Positions 57,901 to 64,000 of a stretch of 64,000 nt of DNA are shown here, one piece after another; the first letter of the stretch is position 1; the number at the start of each line of letters is the position of its first letter. The position numbers and the translations under genes were made by a program. The DNA comes from an uncultured delta proteobacterium. Lineage in GTDB: Bacteria; Myxococcota; UBA727; VGSZ01. The DNA lies in assembly GCA_963775425.1 (NCBI GenBank), contig CAVZJB010000006.1, positions 99,898 to 163,897 of the forward strand. Reading direction: 5' to 3'. Under the pieces are notes generated by a model. That model ran no database searches. It was not told where the DNA came from and saw only the letters and a list, made by a program, of their open reading frames with translations.

Positions 57901-60798
57901 TTCACCTCGGTCAAGCTCGGCGACACGTTCCTCTACGGTCGCGGCGCGGCGTTCGTGCAGGGCCGCTGGCACGGGCCCTGGATGTTCCAGGACTACGCGC
58001 TCACGCTCGACGTCGACACGCGCCGCTGGCAGAGCGACGTCTTCGATCCCGAGCTCATCGATCCCGAGCGCTTCTTCCCCGTCTACGGCGACTCCTCCGT
58101 CGAAAACGTCGACGCCACACGCTCCGCGTTCCCGCTCTACGTCGACCTCAAGGCGGACAGCTCGAGCCTCATCGTCGGCAACGTGCGCACGGACCTCCAG
58201 GCCGGGTCGCTGTTCCGCTACCAGCGCGCGCGCAGCGGCGCCCAGCTCGTGTTCGACCGCGGCTGGACCGCGCCCCTCGAGACGCCGTACGCCAGGGTGA
58301 ACGGGCACGCCGACGGCCCGGCGGCAGCGGCGGACAACAATCCGTGGCGCACCACGGTGACCACGTTCGTGGCCGGCGGCGGCGGACAGCGGCACGCGCG
58401 CGTCGAGCTGCTCGGCACGGGATCGAGCGTGTACTTCCTGCGGCACGAACGCGTGGTCGAGGGCAGCGAGAGCGTCGCCATCATCGTCCGCGACGCCGTC
58501 ACCGGCGCGGAGGTCTCGCGCACGCCGCAGGTGCGCGACGTCGACTACAACATCCGCTACGACGAGGGCCGGGTGATGTTCAAGGAGCCCGTGGGCGCGT
58601 TCGCCGACGACATCTCGGGGCTCACCATCAACCACAACCTCGGGCAGGTGCAAAACGCCGACCGCGTCTTCGTCGAGGTCGAGTACGAGCACCAGGAGGA
58701 CGACCCCTTCATGGGCGTCGGCGCCGGCGCCCAGTTGAAGCAGCGCGTGCTCGGCCACGCCGAGGTCGGCGGCGGCTACGTGTATGAGTCCCGCGAGGGC
58801 GGCGCGCTCGGGTACCAGCTCGGCGGCGGACACGTGAGGCTGTTCGTCGACGACAACACGTGGATCCAGGGCGAGCTGCTCGGGTCGCAGTCGGTGGACG
58901 CCGGCAACTTCGTGTCCCTCGACGGCGGCCTCACCTATTCGTCGCTCGGCCAGAGCCTCGATCAGAAGGACGGGCAGATCGGCCGCCAGATCTTCCCCGC
59001 CGACCGCGCCGGTGTCGCCTTCAAGCTCGAGGGCAACGCGCAGCTCGGCACGACGCTCGGCCGCAAGGACAACGCCGACGCCAACCTCCACGCGTACGTG
59101 CAGCAGTTGCAGCCGGGCTTCTTCGCCGACGCGTCCATCGTCGAGCAGGGGCAGACCAAGTGGGGCACCGAGGCCGCCTGGCGCATCGTCGACGACGGCA
59201 AGCTCAAGCTCCGCTACGACGGCGTGGTGAGCGAGATCCCCGAGGTGCAGCCGCTCACCGAGTTCCGCACGCTGCATCGCGAGATCGCCACGGCGCACTA
59301 CGAGCACCGGGTGCTCGCGCCGCTGACCGTCTTCGGCGAGTACGGCTTCGGCTACACCTACGACAGCGGATCGTTCGGCCGGAGCGCCATCGCGCCGTCG
59401 CACGACTTCGTCACCAACGTCGTCGCGCTCGGCGTCGACTGGCAGCTCCTCGAGCGCGTCGAGCTCGGCTTGAAGCAGGAGCTCGTGCTCACCGGCGATC
59501 CCAACCAGCTCAAGGGGCCGCTCGATCAGCTCGTGAGCCACCTGCTCGTCAAGTACGCGCTCACCGAGGACCTCTCGCTCGTCGGCGGCAGCGACCTGCG
59601 TTGGAGCGGCGAGAACCAGGAGCACCTCGGCGTCTCCTACGCCATCAACAAGGGCGCGCGCGTCTACGCGAGCGAGCGCGTGGGCGTGCTGCCCGCGCCC
59701 GTCACCGGCACCATGGGCTTCAACACCACCACCGTCGTCGGCGGGGAGACCGACGTCGGGCCCGGCTCGCAGGCGTACGCCGAGTACCAGCTCGACGGCG
59801 GCTTCTCCGGCGATCAGAGCCGCGGCGTCGTCGGCTTGAAGACCGCGTACCGCCTGCCGTTCGGCTTCGCGCTCAACTTCGGCTACGAGCGCATCATGCT
59901 GGTCGGCGGCACGGTGCCCACCACCGAGGGCGGCAACGTCCCGCCGGGCGCCTTCACCGACGGCACCTTCTACGCCGCGCCCGGCGCCAACGCGGGCGGC
60001 GCGTTCCTCGCCGGCGAAGGCTCGCGCGACGCGGTGTCGGCGGGGGTCGAGCTCAAGCGCGGCGAGGCCGTCGTCGCCAGCCAGCGCTTCGAGCTGCGCT
60101 ACGACAACCGGACCGAGGCGCGCGGCGGACACGACCGCCTCTGGCTGCTGTCCGGCTCCGGCGGCTCGGTGCGGCTGAGCCCCGAGCTGTCGCTGCTCGG
60201 GCGCTACAACATCGCGCTGGCCCAGGATCTCGCGCTGTCGGAGCGCGAGGCGTACTTCGAGGAGGGCGCGTTCGGCGTCGCTTATCGCCCCGTGACCCAC
60301 GATTGGTTCAGCGTGCTGGCCAAGATCTCCCGGCGCGTCGACGTGCGGCCGCTGTCGCTGGAGGCCGGCACCAGCGACGACTACACGGCGCACGCCATGA
60401 GCGTCGAGCCCATCGTGGAGCTGCCGTGGAAGGTGCAGCTCGTCGAGAAGCTCGCGCTCAAGCACGCGAGCGAGAAGCTCGACGACGTGCCGGAGGCGAA
60501 CGCGCTCACGGGTCTGTGGATAAACCGCGTCAACCTCCACGCGCTCGGGCTCATCAAGTCGCTCGGCGTGAAGCAGCCGCTGCCCGGGGAGATCGACCTC
60601 GGCGTCGAGTACCGCGTGCTCGCCGGCTTCACCTACGGCACGGTGGAGCACGGCCCGCTCGTCGAGGTGCAGGTGGCGCCGGTGGAGTACTTCCGCGTCG
60701 GCGTCGGCTACAACTTCACGAGCTTCTCCGACGACGAGCTCGACTCCGGCAAGCTCGACCGCAGCGGCTTCTTCGTCCGCGCCGTCGGCAGCTTCTAG
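45964..60798 (+). CDS. giant cell-surface/outer-membrane protein: N-terminal domain, >=16 DUF11-type repeats, SdrD-B/Cna-B-like modules, two OmpA-C-like modules, ~990-aa C-terminal putative beta-barrel
   Basis: The ORF is 4,944 codons. PGDT(V/L)xYT(I/L)T(V/L)xNTG...VVVTDVLP repeats recur through about 53400. The OmpA-like blocks end in NRRVEIVV (~56140) and NRRAEVVLV (~57125). The C-terminus is ...YNFTSFSDDELDSGKLDRSGFFVRAVGSF. The probable leader is encoded from GTG 45792 in another frame. An internal out-of-frame stretch runs from about 49675 to 50015. Confidence 0.85.
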   Translation: MFGAAVGVGNTLMEFSRGVNFAVRSDRSEATIPLSRMDPDATVVQAFLVWAGTFQPSQGIPLDRDVDFTLPDGTFFNDLSVDAPEPGETPSALNRCVSRNLNIGGQTQPMFECRREVTQLLQRLGPGGAVGTYGVEDVQLEAGDCNNDPGRCEAAYGGWAIVVLWESPTESVKRDLVVYDGFFALDEQGSTFGGFSSGIGPAFDMNGFTIGPTADGELTFLAFEGDADLGVPPQNLPSNPVRCNDGKCEDFIQIRTDGNPTFKKLQDAANRPGNLMNGSDNTGGVHPGLDIDTFDIGPSGLNVLRAGDTHLFLQPGSGDGVADDGSGGSGELFLLGMTFLSVETFSPRFLNNFTEKVVLEPVAGAGETLHYLLRVENDGSAPAENALIRDQLPAGVSYVPGSTSNTCGVASGDRNGTSPVLQGTGLNVGTIPINGRCEVRFNVTVDADVADGTVLDNFFTVAADGVPPILIGPATTVIQAASIGQPTKTVSVLGGGEPSQGSTLNYTIRVPNTGTRNAPGVSVTDALPPELENLQIVSFPAGADNRSSATNVDITGITIAPGASADVVFTARVKAGTPTGTRISNQGRVDQPSLSTPLRTDNPATPARPDPTVITTASGVSLTSSSKSARDKNGGRLQPGDVVEFTVHVAKTGSASTVIDLDDSLPLHMGGCVVVSSPPGGFANCTPGGANGTGRVVGAVAVAGAGGGDFVFSAVVDATAPDGFSLVNTAHLTPEADPSFAVDVSSAPLAVFARPDFTTSRKAVVDGNGGDARPGDALTYTVTVVNNGSVAAQNVVVTDAVPGGLGSVVALDGGAFAPSGGAPPASPGTVTWTAPALAAGATATFRFTTQILAGTPNNTRIRNTALVHGDAPAADFTTPPVDVVVRASPALVVTKTVADLGPPPFRPGDTVRYTLRIQNTGDGAASNVVLRDTLDPSFETALTNNGGRVAGGDVVFDTSTVAALSRLEPPGVGAPGADVVTLTFDARLSGVLANGTVVANQGRTTADQLPSPVLSDDPGTATANDPTRFTVTSQAVVSMDKTFVDDNAGALLPGDTVTYTLTLNDTGDAPAGAVVVTDVLDNRLTFVASPDGGAVSGVGGGGAGGTVTFPARDVVPGAAVQLRFTVRVATGLANGTVIANQARAASPVAATTVSNDPSTVTPLDPTRLTVESRPVLDDVQKTVTDLDGDGRFEPGDRVRYTITVPNTGSEAAAAVVVTDVLPAALENAVAGQGGVVVGAAARGAAAPAAPSRGRSAPSPSASRARSRWTRTSCAPSATPSPSTTRRASRGATSPPLSRTIRPRPRSTIPRASSRSPSRTSSSKRPSPTRRPPAGPASSRPATRSPTPSRSANDGGRAADAVTVTDLVDTRLDTVTPLDGGALAGRTITWSVASIATDAVATLRFTALVHVPLPNGVIIPNRARAVLAEPGVPGVPFLSDDPRTAAAGDTTDVQVVSAADLSATTLETLDPLSGAPITFAQPGQAVRYRLVVQNRGTDDGRRVRARLVLPPEVELVSAPGATVNGATLVYNRQGVAALADVAPGDVVTLDVDVRLKAPLSVTQPISAQAELTAAGVANPFRSDDPSTAAFGDPTLLDVLSLVVTKDVAPSRTAAPGDVLTWTITAASGGTIAVGPSTLTDVVSPALSTVTPGPGLSFDAASRTLSGALAPIAPGTSRTLTFTARVGNTAANGTRIENQATVQSAALGAVLSDDPTTAAALDPTVVLVDATPVLTTSTKVAADVDGAPLLPGDTVRYVVTVVNSGRGTADDVRVTDVLDANLSVLAVENGGNNAGNTISWDASTTPALAAVARGASVVLAFTAKVSPAVVDGTSIPNQASIVSRDVSGAVRTDDPSTPAPGDPTVVRVTAPKLSLTKRFVDNTPHPGGGVDVEPGDAVEYDVTVRNTGGVAATGVVVTDVLPPGVLVDVSVLDGGSDDAGLVTWTVPRVPPGGSAVVRVRATVDPLATGGTRIENRAEATANEVGLAVRSDDPDTATPDDATVRVVTASELWHGTVELFDADSGAPIVTPVIPQQRIRGRITFQNDGNQTAQAVVLTVPVQQDRIVVDSTTGGGVVDQAGVRWDASQNPAFVRMSTGQGAQVEFTGRMASPLPDDIDIPVEGLVVTAAVPTPPAVIGPAVLHTRSRPDLSATTKEVIDDDGGLVEPGDLLTYRITVLNDGGVSAPNVHVFDAIPGGMVYVANSTRLRGQPVADPAPSVSPLQAPSSAGQPAGLAVGDLDAGRSAVVEMKVRVSPAAPRGVRIDNQAVLTASGAPDAVSDNPNTPLILGDPTPVIVGGGASLVAEKVGAPSPVVAGDALHFDIHIENVGTEPALGITADDVVPRGTHYLTGSLVVDGVPATDAADRDDADVSGAGLVTVHLHRALLEAGEGVTLGFDVKVDSASVVENQAQVASENAGSLLTDGDPLVPGAQPTVVPVKNARAIVIDPDTVRIIDDRGGVLLPGDTVTVRATVRNQSLEHVVLDGVELGVSALLDVVPEAVTAADPRLRFDAAQRVVRFVDGTSVDIEDGGAFDVTFPATVSGDARTGDTVRALGSAHVHTLDGALEKNANLGRAALTVGLLPGTGAIEGTLFLDGGEHDEVFQPETDARVRGMSVLAFWRDDTEPVQTAIADDQGHFQLLPVPAGRYRLELRSPGGASFGAVGASELQSGEVRERDIAVTATGAVYLSGSQRVPEGARVQLFADDGDADPDNDVLVSDRLLGEGQQGQPVTAQGLYRFDPPPGRYRIAVEPPDPLTSFPSSAVPVAADSAGNPFGAFAALDGAGDVEGVTAPLPVFNPRGAGAGGAVNGGEPYFLRFDVQAGGPPLSRNFIPVDALKSQLTLTKTANHKRASVGDIVSYTVRVDNRALAGVTTADGGVEIIDTLPFGFRLVDGSYRLDRITTDGKGQQRRSQVVVKDHGGTAHVFGPFEMLPSSAYELRYNVVVGPGTTTGPHENRAALRMAAGQVPLSEDALASVQVVADGLFDLGTIRGKVFCDDDGDGWQDAGEQGLPGVRMVVDTGQWTDSDVTGKAHFSAIPAGMHLVKLDERTLPPGTVPEKVRETFYMSPGLPAEISFGAKCVFSSEDKPEVVVNEAAYAPGEGEGPVKHHLEGQASPAKLTVDGVAVDVQRADLGVGVEGEDPAFAGAAGPNLPAVVDGGLRPRVEFIPRVDGGAAPVAWQIEIEALGLPAPSGAEPPSSGVGSASAPRAVEVDPLAQPRTVWMFAGHGAPPSHVFFDGKDPQTGSEELFEHQLYRATLTVGFEDGARATSAARVFGVRAGAGADDAPGQTFEIDSVDGELFSRAGRPTARLSGWLGGHATALRGKKVTVVVHTDQTGAAARSLTARRAAAAKKALVGFGLAADDVAVKGAGDAFPKMPNLRRRDRLTNRRVEIVVDKSESALPPLAAPAAVAPSARVNGKEVAGDGAFAVDVSVPRGDALAVELVSSTGAVTRVVKSDTPAAASTETPAAPLSVSFNPGSRALTLDGDPVSAALLGVRIARAALAADGSAVIEPALPPKPAAADGANAIVAWTVRVFVEKDGAPAFAEDDAAIGPVVRELSGEGRPPAKIAWDGLDADGQKVPGGRLRARLIVKTAGGDTGISPDAPLLAGAAGVAGAPVVIADPLDAHGKLTAAANNAVKALAAQAKDAAAVKITVHSDDSGTQLNRRFRTQNGATAMKALLVAAGVPAAKVSAVGMGSDKPLVPNLSRKMREENRRAEVVLVAPAAPAPTSTSTPVAPALRANGQPLAQDGERLGGQVPATRSGETVLDLRDADGARATLHVRPNDAGEVWEGDAPAYAAWVAMAAPVELAPPAEAAAAPVGGAASGTPVEGAGRARPVAGAAPVDGIAPLTPAKPKSAGPPTWYPDVQKLGAHDLVVELPADTSALHADTLLVRGRTNPQNKLRIGTDEVAVDPDTGAFVHVVKLPEGDSDLVVEATDPTGNVGRIKRAVNVDTTGWFALLLADTAFGGDGADLGERTPFTSVKLGDTFLYGRGAAFVQGRWHGPWMFQDYALTLDVDTRRWQSDVFDPELIDPERFFPVYGDSSVENVDATRSAFPLYVDLKADSSSLIVGNVRTDLQAGSLFRYQRARSGAQLVFDRGWTAPLETPYARVNGHADGPAAAADNNPWRTTVTTFVAGGGGQRHARVELLGTGSSVYFLRHERVVEGSESVAIIVRDAVTGAEVSRTPQVRDVDYNIRYDEGRVMFKEPVGAFADDISGLTINHNLGQVQNADRVFVEVEYEHQEDDPFMGVGAGAQLKQRVLGHAEVGGGYVYESREGGALGYQLGGGHVRLFVDDNTWIQGELLGSQSVDAGNFVSLDGGLTYSSLGQSLDQKDGQIGRQIFPADRAGVAFKLEGNAQLGTTLGRKDNADANLHAYVQQLQPGFFADASIVEQGQTKWGTEAAWRIVDDGKLKLRYDGVVSEIPEVQPLTEFRTLHREIATAHYEHRVLAPLTVFGEYGFGYTYDSGSFGRSAIAPSHDFVTNVVALGVDWQLLERVELGLKQELVLTGDPNQLKGPLDQLVSHLLVKYALTEDLSLVGGSDLRWSGENQEHLGVSYAINKGARVYASERVGVLPAPVTGTMGFNTTTVVGGETDVGPGSQAYAEYQLDGGFSGDQSRGVVGLKTAYRLPFGFALNFGYERIMLVGGTVPTTEGGNVPPGAFTDGTFYAAPGANAGGAFLAGEGSRDAVSAGVELKRGEAVVASQRFELRYDNRTEARGGHDRLWLLSGSGGSVRLSPELSLLGRYNIALAQDLALSEREAYFEEGAFGVAYRPVTHDWFSVLAKISRRVDVRPLSLEAGTSDDYTAHAMSVEPIVELPWKVQLVEKLALKHASEKLDDVPEANALTGLWINRVNLHALGLIKSLGVKQPLPGEIDLGVEYRVLAGFTYGTVEHGPLVEVQVAPVEYFRVGVGYNFTSFSDDELDSGKLDRSGFFVRAVGSF

Positions 60799-61809
60799 TC
60801 AGCTCGTGAGCACGACCTTGCCGATGTTCTTGCGCTCCTGGATGAAGCGGTGCGCAGCGGCGGCGTCGACGAGCGGGAAGCTCCTGGCGATGATGGGCTT
60901 GATGCGGCCGGCGTCGTAGTCGGCGAGCAGGCCGAGGGCCTCGCGCCGCAGCAGGTCGATGTGGTCCCACAGGTGACCGAGGTTCACGCCGATGACGGCC
61001 TTGTTGTCGTTCATCAGCTTGATGGGGTGAAACCACGGGAGCTTGACGACGGAGAGGAGCGCGCGCACCCGCGACGGCGCCATGCCCGACGACGCCTGCG
61101 ACAGGCCGAAGCAGAACAGCCGGCCGAGCGGCGCCAGGCAGCGGTAGCTCTTCGCGAACGCCCCGGTGGCGTCGAGGACGATGTCGACGCCGCGGCCGTC
61201 GGTGATGCGCTTGACGGCCTCTTCGAAGTCCTCGGTGCGGTAGTCGATGCAGTGCGTGACGCCCATCCCCCTGAGCGTCTCGTGCTTGGACGCCGAGGCC
61301 GTGCCGATGACCTCGGCGCCGGCGATGCGGCACAACTGGATGGCCGCCATGCCGACGCCGCCGGCGGCGGCGTGCACGAGGACGCGCTCGTCGCTCTTCA
61401 CGTTGCCGAGCGTGCGCAGCATCAGCAGCGCCGTCAGGTAGTTCACGGGGATGGCCGCGCCCTCCTCGAAGGACATCGCCGCCGGCATCGGGAAGACCTG
61501 CGCCGCCGGGACGGCCACGGCCTCGGCGTAGCCGCCGAAGCGGGTGAGGGCGAGCACGCGGTCGCCGGCCTTCACGCCGGTGACGCCGTCGCCGGTCTGC
61601 TCGACCACGCCCGCGACCTCGTATCCGACGACGCAGGGAAACGGCGGCGCGTCGGGGTAGACGCCCAGGCGGGCGGAGACGTCGGCGAAGTTGATGCCGC
61701 TCGCCGTCACGCGGACGAGCACCTCGCCGGGCTTCGCCGCAGGGTCCGGTCCCTCCCGGACTTCGAGGACTTCGGGCGGGCCGGCGCGAGGGATCCAGAC
61801 GGAGCGCAT
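60799..61809 (-). CDS. NADPH:quinone oxidoreductase / zinc-independent MDR family (VAT-1-like)
   Basis: It begins MRSVWIPRAGPPEVLEVREGPDP...GEVLVRVTASGINFAD and contains the nucleotide fold VLVHAAAGGVGMAAIQL. The stop codon abuts the giant-gene stop. Confidence 0.88.
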   Translation of the reverse strand: MRSVWIPRAGPPEVLEVREGPDPAAKPGEVLVRVTASGINFADVSARLGVYPDAPPFPCVVGYEVAGVVEQTGDGVTGVKAGDRVLALTRFGGYAEAVAVPAAQVFPMPAAMSFEEGAAIPVNYLTALLMLRTLGNVKSDERVLVHAAAGGVGMAAIQLCRIAGAEVIGTASASKHETLRGMGVTHCIDYRTEDFEEAVKRITDGRGVDIVLDATGAFAKSYRCLAPLGRLFCFGLSQASSGMAPSRVRALLSVVKLPWFHPIKLMNDNKAVIGVNLGHLWDHIDLLRREALGLLADYDAGRIKPIIARSFPLVDAAAAHRFIQERKNIGKVVLTS

Positions 61810-61898
61810 GACGCGGCGGTACCGCCGCTGGCGCGCCCGCGTCAATGCGGAATGCGTCGCGTTCGCGCTATCGTGAACCGGTCTTGGCGGAGGGGCGT

Positions 61899-63575
61899 AT
61901 GGGAGCGGACGTCGACGTGCTGGTCATCGGAGCGGGCCCCACGGGCCTCGCGCTCGCGATCGAGCTTCATCGCTGGGGGCTGCGCTGCCGGCTGGTCGAC
62001 AAGCTCGCGGCGCCGGCGCGGGTGACCAAGGCGTCGGGCGTGATGCCGCGGACGCTCGAGGTGCTCGACGGCATGGGCGTCGGCGAGCCCCTGCGGGCCG
62101 CGGGCCTCCCGCTGCGCGGGATGACGACGTGGGCCGAGGAGCACCAAAAGCTCATGGACCTCAGCTTCGACGGCGTGGACTCCCCGTGGCCGATGGTGGT
62201 GAGCCTCCCGCAGTACGAGACCGAGCGCCTCCTCACCGAGCGGCTCACGGCGCTCGGCGGCCGCATCGACCGCTGCCTCGACGTCGTCGGGCTCGAGGAC
62301 AACGACGACGGCGTGCGCGTCACCCTCGAGCGGGACGGCGGCGGCCGCGAGGACATGACGGCGTCGTACGTCGTCGGCAGCGACGGCGCGCACTCCTTCG
62401 TGCGCCATCACCTCGGGCTCACCTTCGAAGGCGCGGCGTACCCCGAGGACTTCCTCGTCGTGCACGCCGGCATCGACTGGGACCTGCCGCCCGATCGCAT
62501 CGGCATGGTGCTCAGCAGGAAGGGGATGATCTTCGGCAACCCGCTGCCCGACGGCCGCTGGATCATGACCGGCGATCTGCCTCAGGGCACCGAGCACCAT
62601 CACACGCCGACGGTGGCCGACGTGCAGGCGCTCCTCGACGGCCGCGCGCCGCCGGGGAGCAAGGCGCGCGACCTCGTGTGGGCTTCGTACTTCCGCATCC
62701 ACCACCGCCAGGTGAACCGCTACGGCAAGGGCCGCATGTTCGTCGCCGGCGACGCCGCCCACGTGCACTCCCCCGCGGGCGGCCAGGGCATGAACACCGG
62801 CATCCAGGACGCCGTGAACCTCGGCTGGAAGCTCGCGCTCGTCGTCACCGGCGCCGCCGACGCCAGGATCCTCGAGAGCTACGACGCCGAGCGCCGCCCG
62901 GTGGGCAAAGAGGTGCTGAAGTTCGCCAACCAGGTGCAGGTCTCCTCCACCATCCACCACCCGGTGCTGCAAAAGCTCAGGGACACGGTGCTCGTCGCCG
63001 CCGGCCAGCTCGAGGTGGTCCGTCACCTCACGCTCGGCCAGATGAGCGAGGTGGCGTACACCTACCGTCACGGACCGCTGGCGGCCGAGCACACCGACCC
63101 GGGCTTCCACCTGCACCGCGACGCGCGCCACGCCACCTTCGACGACTGCCTCGCGTTTCATCACGGCCCCGTCGCCGGCGACCGCGCCCCCGACGTGCCT
63201 CTCGGAGACGGCCGCCTGTACTCCAGGCTCGGCGGCGCGGCATTCCACGCGTTGCTGTTCGAGGGCACGCACCGGCCGCTCGACGCCGAGCCCGATCTCA
63301 TCCGGATGGCGCGCGCGATGCGCGAGGCCTGGGGCGATCGCGTGCGCGTGAGCGTGGTGACGCCGTACGCAGAGCCGCCGGAGGCCGTCGCCGACGACGT
63401 CGACGTCGTCACCGATCCCTTCCAGGCCGCGCACAAGCGCTACGGCGCCCGCGGCCCGTGCCTCTACCTCGTGCGCCCCGACGGCTACGTGCTGTACCGG
63501 TGCCAGAGCCCGGACGCCGCCCGCGCGGCGCGCTTCGCCACGGGCGCGGGCATCAAGCTCGCGGTGCCCGCGTGA
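61899..63575 (+). CDS. FAD-dependent aromatic-ring monooxygenase (PheA/TfdB family)
   Basis: GGAGG is followed by ATG 61899. It contains DVLVIGAGPTGLALAIEL, the DG motif region, and DAAHVHSPAGGQGMNTGIQDAVNLGWKL. A C-terminal thioredoxin-like part is present. Confidence 0.9.
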   Translation: MGADVDVLVIGAGPTGLALAIELHRWGLRCRLVDKLAAPARVTKASGVMPRTLEVLDGMGVGEPLRAAGLPLRGMTTWAEEHQKLMDLSFDGVDSPWPMVVSLPQYETERLLTERLTALGGRIDRCLDVVGLEDNDDGVRVTLERDGGGREDMTASYVVGSDGAHSFVRHHLGLTFEGAAYPEDFLVVHAGIDWDLPPDRIGMVLSRKGMIFGNPLPDGRWIMTGDLPQGTEHHHTPTVADVQALLDGRAPPGSKARDLVWASYFRIHHRQVNRYGKGRMFVAGDAAHVHSPAGGQGMNTGIQDAVNLGWKLALVVTGAADARILESYDAERRPVGKEVLKFANQVQVSSTIHHPVLQKLRDTVLVAAGQLEVVRHLTLGQMSEVAYTYRHGPLAAEHTDPGFHLHRDARHATFDDCLAFHHGPVAGDRAPDVPLGDGRLYSRLGGAAFHALLFEGTHRPLDAEPDLIRMARAMREAWGDRVRVSVVTPYAEPPEAVADDVDVVTDPFQAAHKRYGARGPCLYLVRPDGYVLYRCQSPDAARAARFATGAGIKLAVPA

Positions 63576-64000
63576 CGGCGCCGCTCGGCGCGCTCAAGTA
63601 CCTGTACATGGGCACGTCTCGCTTCGACGACGACGTCCGCTACTACAAGGACGTCATCGGCGCCGAGCAGCTCTGGAGCTTCGACAAATTCGGCGCGCGC
63701 GTGGCGGCGTTCTCCGTCGCCGAGGGCCCGCTCCTCCTCGTCGCCGATCACCGGCCGGCGCCGAGCTGCATGCCCGTGTTCGCCGTCGACGACCTCGACG
63801 CGTGCGCGGCCGGGCTGCGCGCGCGGGGCTGGAAGGAGAAGCACGCGGTGGAGATCCCCGACGGGCCGTGCTTCACCTTCGAGGACGCGAGCGGAAACGA
63901 GCTCGCCGTCTTCGGCAACGTCCGGCCCGACGCGTTGACCAGGGCGTTCGTTGAGCCGTCGCCGGCGCGCGCAGGCGACGCGTCCGCGCGCCGAACATCA
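63572..64000 (+). CDS. VOC (glyoxalase/bleomycin-resistance) family protein, runs to the window end
   Basis: I translated this manually because it is not in the ORF track. The GTG at 63572 overlaps the upstream stop (GTGA). It reads VTAPLGALKYLYMGTSRFDDDVRYYKDVIGAEQLWSFDKFGARVAAFSVAEGPLLLVADHRPAPSCMPVFAVDDLDACAAGLRARGWKEKHAVEIPDGPCFTFEDASGNELAVFG... There is no stop before 64000. Confidence 0.6.
   Translation, partial: MTAPLGALKYLYMGTSRFDDDVRYYKDVIGAEQLWSFDKFGARVAAFSVAEGPLLLVADHRPAPSCMPVFAVDDLDACAAGLRARGWKEKHAVEIPDGPCFTFEDASGNELAVFGNVRPDALTRAFVEPSPARAGDASARRTS

Noticed and set aside
52285-60651. A 2,788-aa ORF on the minus strand, antisense to the giant gene
   Set aside because: The translation is Arg/Gly/Ala/Asp/His-rich with no recognisable motif. 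It mirrors the codon phase of the convincing plus-strand gene. This is a typical shadow ORF of very G+C-rich DNA.

Overview
Very G+C-rich DNA (by eye above 70%, not computed). The gene content looks like Myxococcota: an AgmX-like zinc-ribbon/GYF protein, an FHA plus Ser/Thr kinase pair, a sigma54 enhancer-binding protein, Cys-rich and Gly-rich secreted proteins, and Pal/YbgF. I support about 45 protein-coding genes. They are tightly packed, with many ATGA/GTGA start-stop overlaps and two convergent gene pairs whose stop codons abut. I saw no rRNA, tRNA, CRISPR array, transposase or integrase. Most long ORFs in the six-frame track are Arg/Ala/Pro/Gly-rich shadow ORFs in wrong frames or antisense to real genes, and I did not call them.

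Gene blocks:
- 1-12.2 kb, minus strand: UbiB kinase, a duplicated Mla/Mce-type ABC lipid transporter, a MaoC-type dehydratase pair, a muralytic-like protein, PEP carboxylase, and two small envelope proteins.
- 12.4-17 kb: deoxynucleoside kinase, an RluA-family synthase, an AgmX-like protein, and phosphofructokinase.
- 17-21 kb, minus strand: a sigma54 regulatory cluster holding a stand-alone XylR_N/V4R sensor protein, a double-receiver response regulator, a FliK-C-like protein and an NtrC-type activator.
- 21.1-25.7 kb: an AGPS/GlcD-like FAD oxidase, GlcE-like and GlcF-like subunits, and a lipid kinase.
- 25.8-30 kb: an FHA-GAF-pseudo-cyclase protein coupled to a Ser/Thr kinase.
- 30-36 kb: a DnaJ paralog, a MATE transporter, and Pal-YbgF.
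- 36-45.7 kb, minus strand: a 1,211-aa beta-helix/Gly-rich exported protein and a CusA/CzcA-type RND pump.
- 45.8-60.8 kb: a 14.8-kb gene for a DUF11-repeat / OmpA-like / C-terminal beta-barrel giant protein.
- 60.8-64 kb: redox enzymes.

Most interesting:
1. The giant surface protein, whose domain order is topologically puzzling.
2. The Mla-type transporter, with two different ATPases whose ATP-site motif defects are complementary, coupled to UbiB.
3. The disassembled XylR-like sensor/activator cluster.
4. The AGPS-like lipid operon.

Caveat: I found at least seven places where the coding signal changes frame or a gene lacks an in-frame stop. These are at about 606-650, 20597-20640, 24700-24760, 30906, 45560-45600, 45905-45915, and the compensated pair at 49675/50015. 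This pattern suggests assembly indels, or less probably real mutations, so boundaries near these sites are provisional. All domain calls come from reading motifs by eye. No searches were run.
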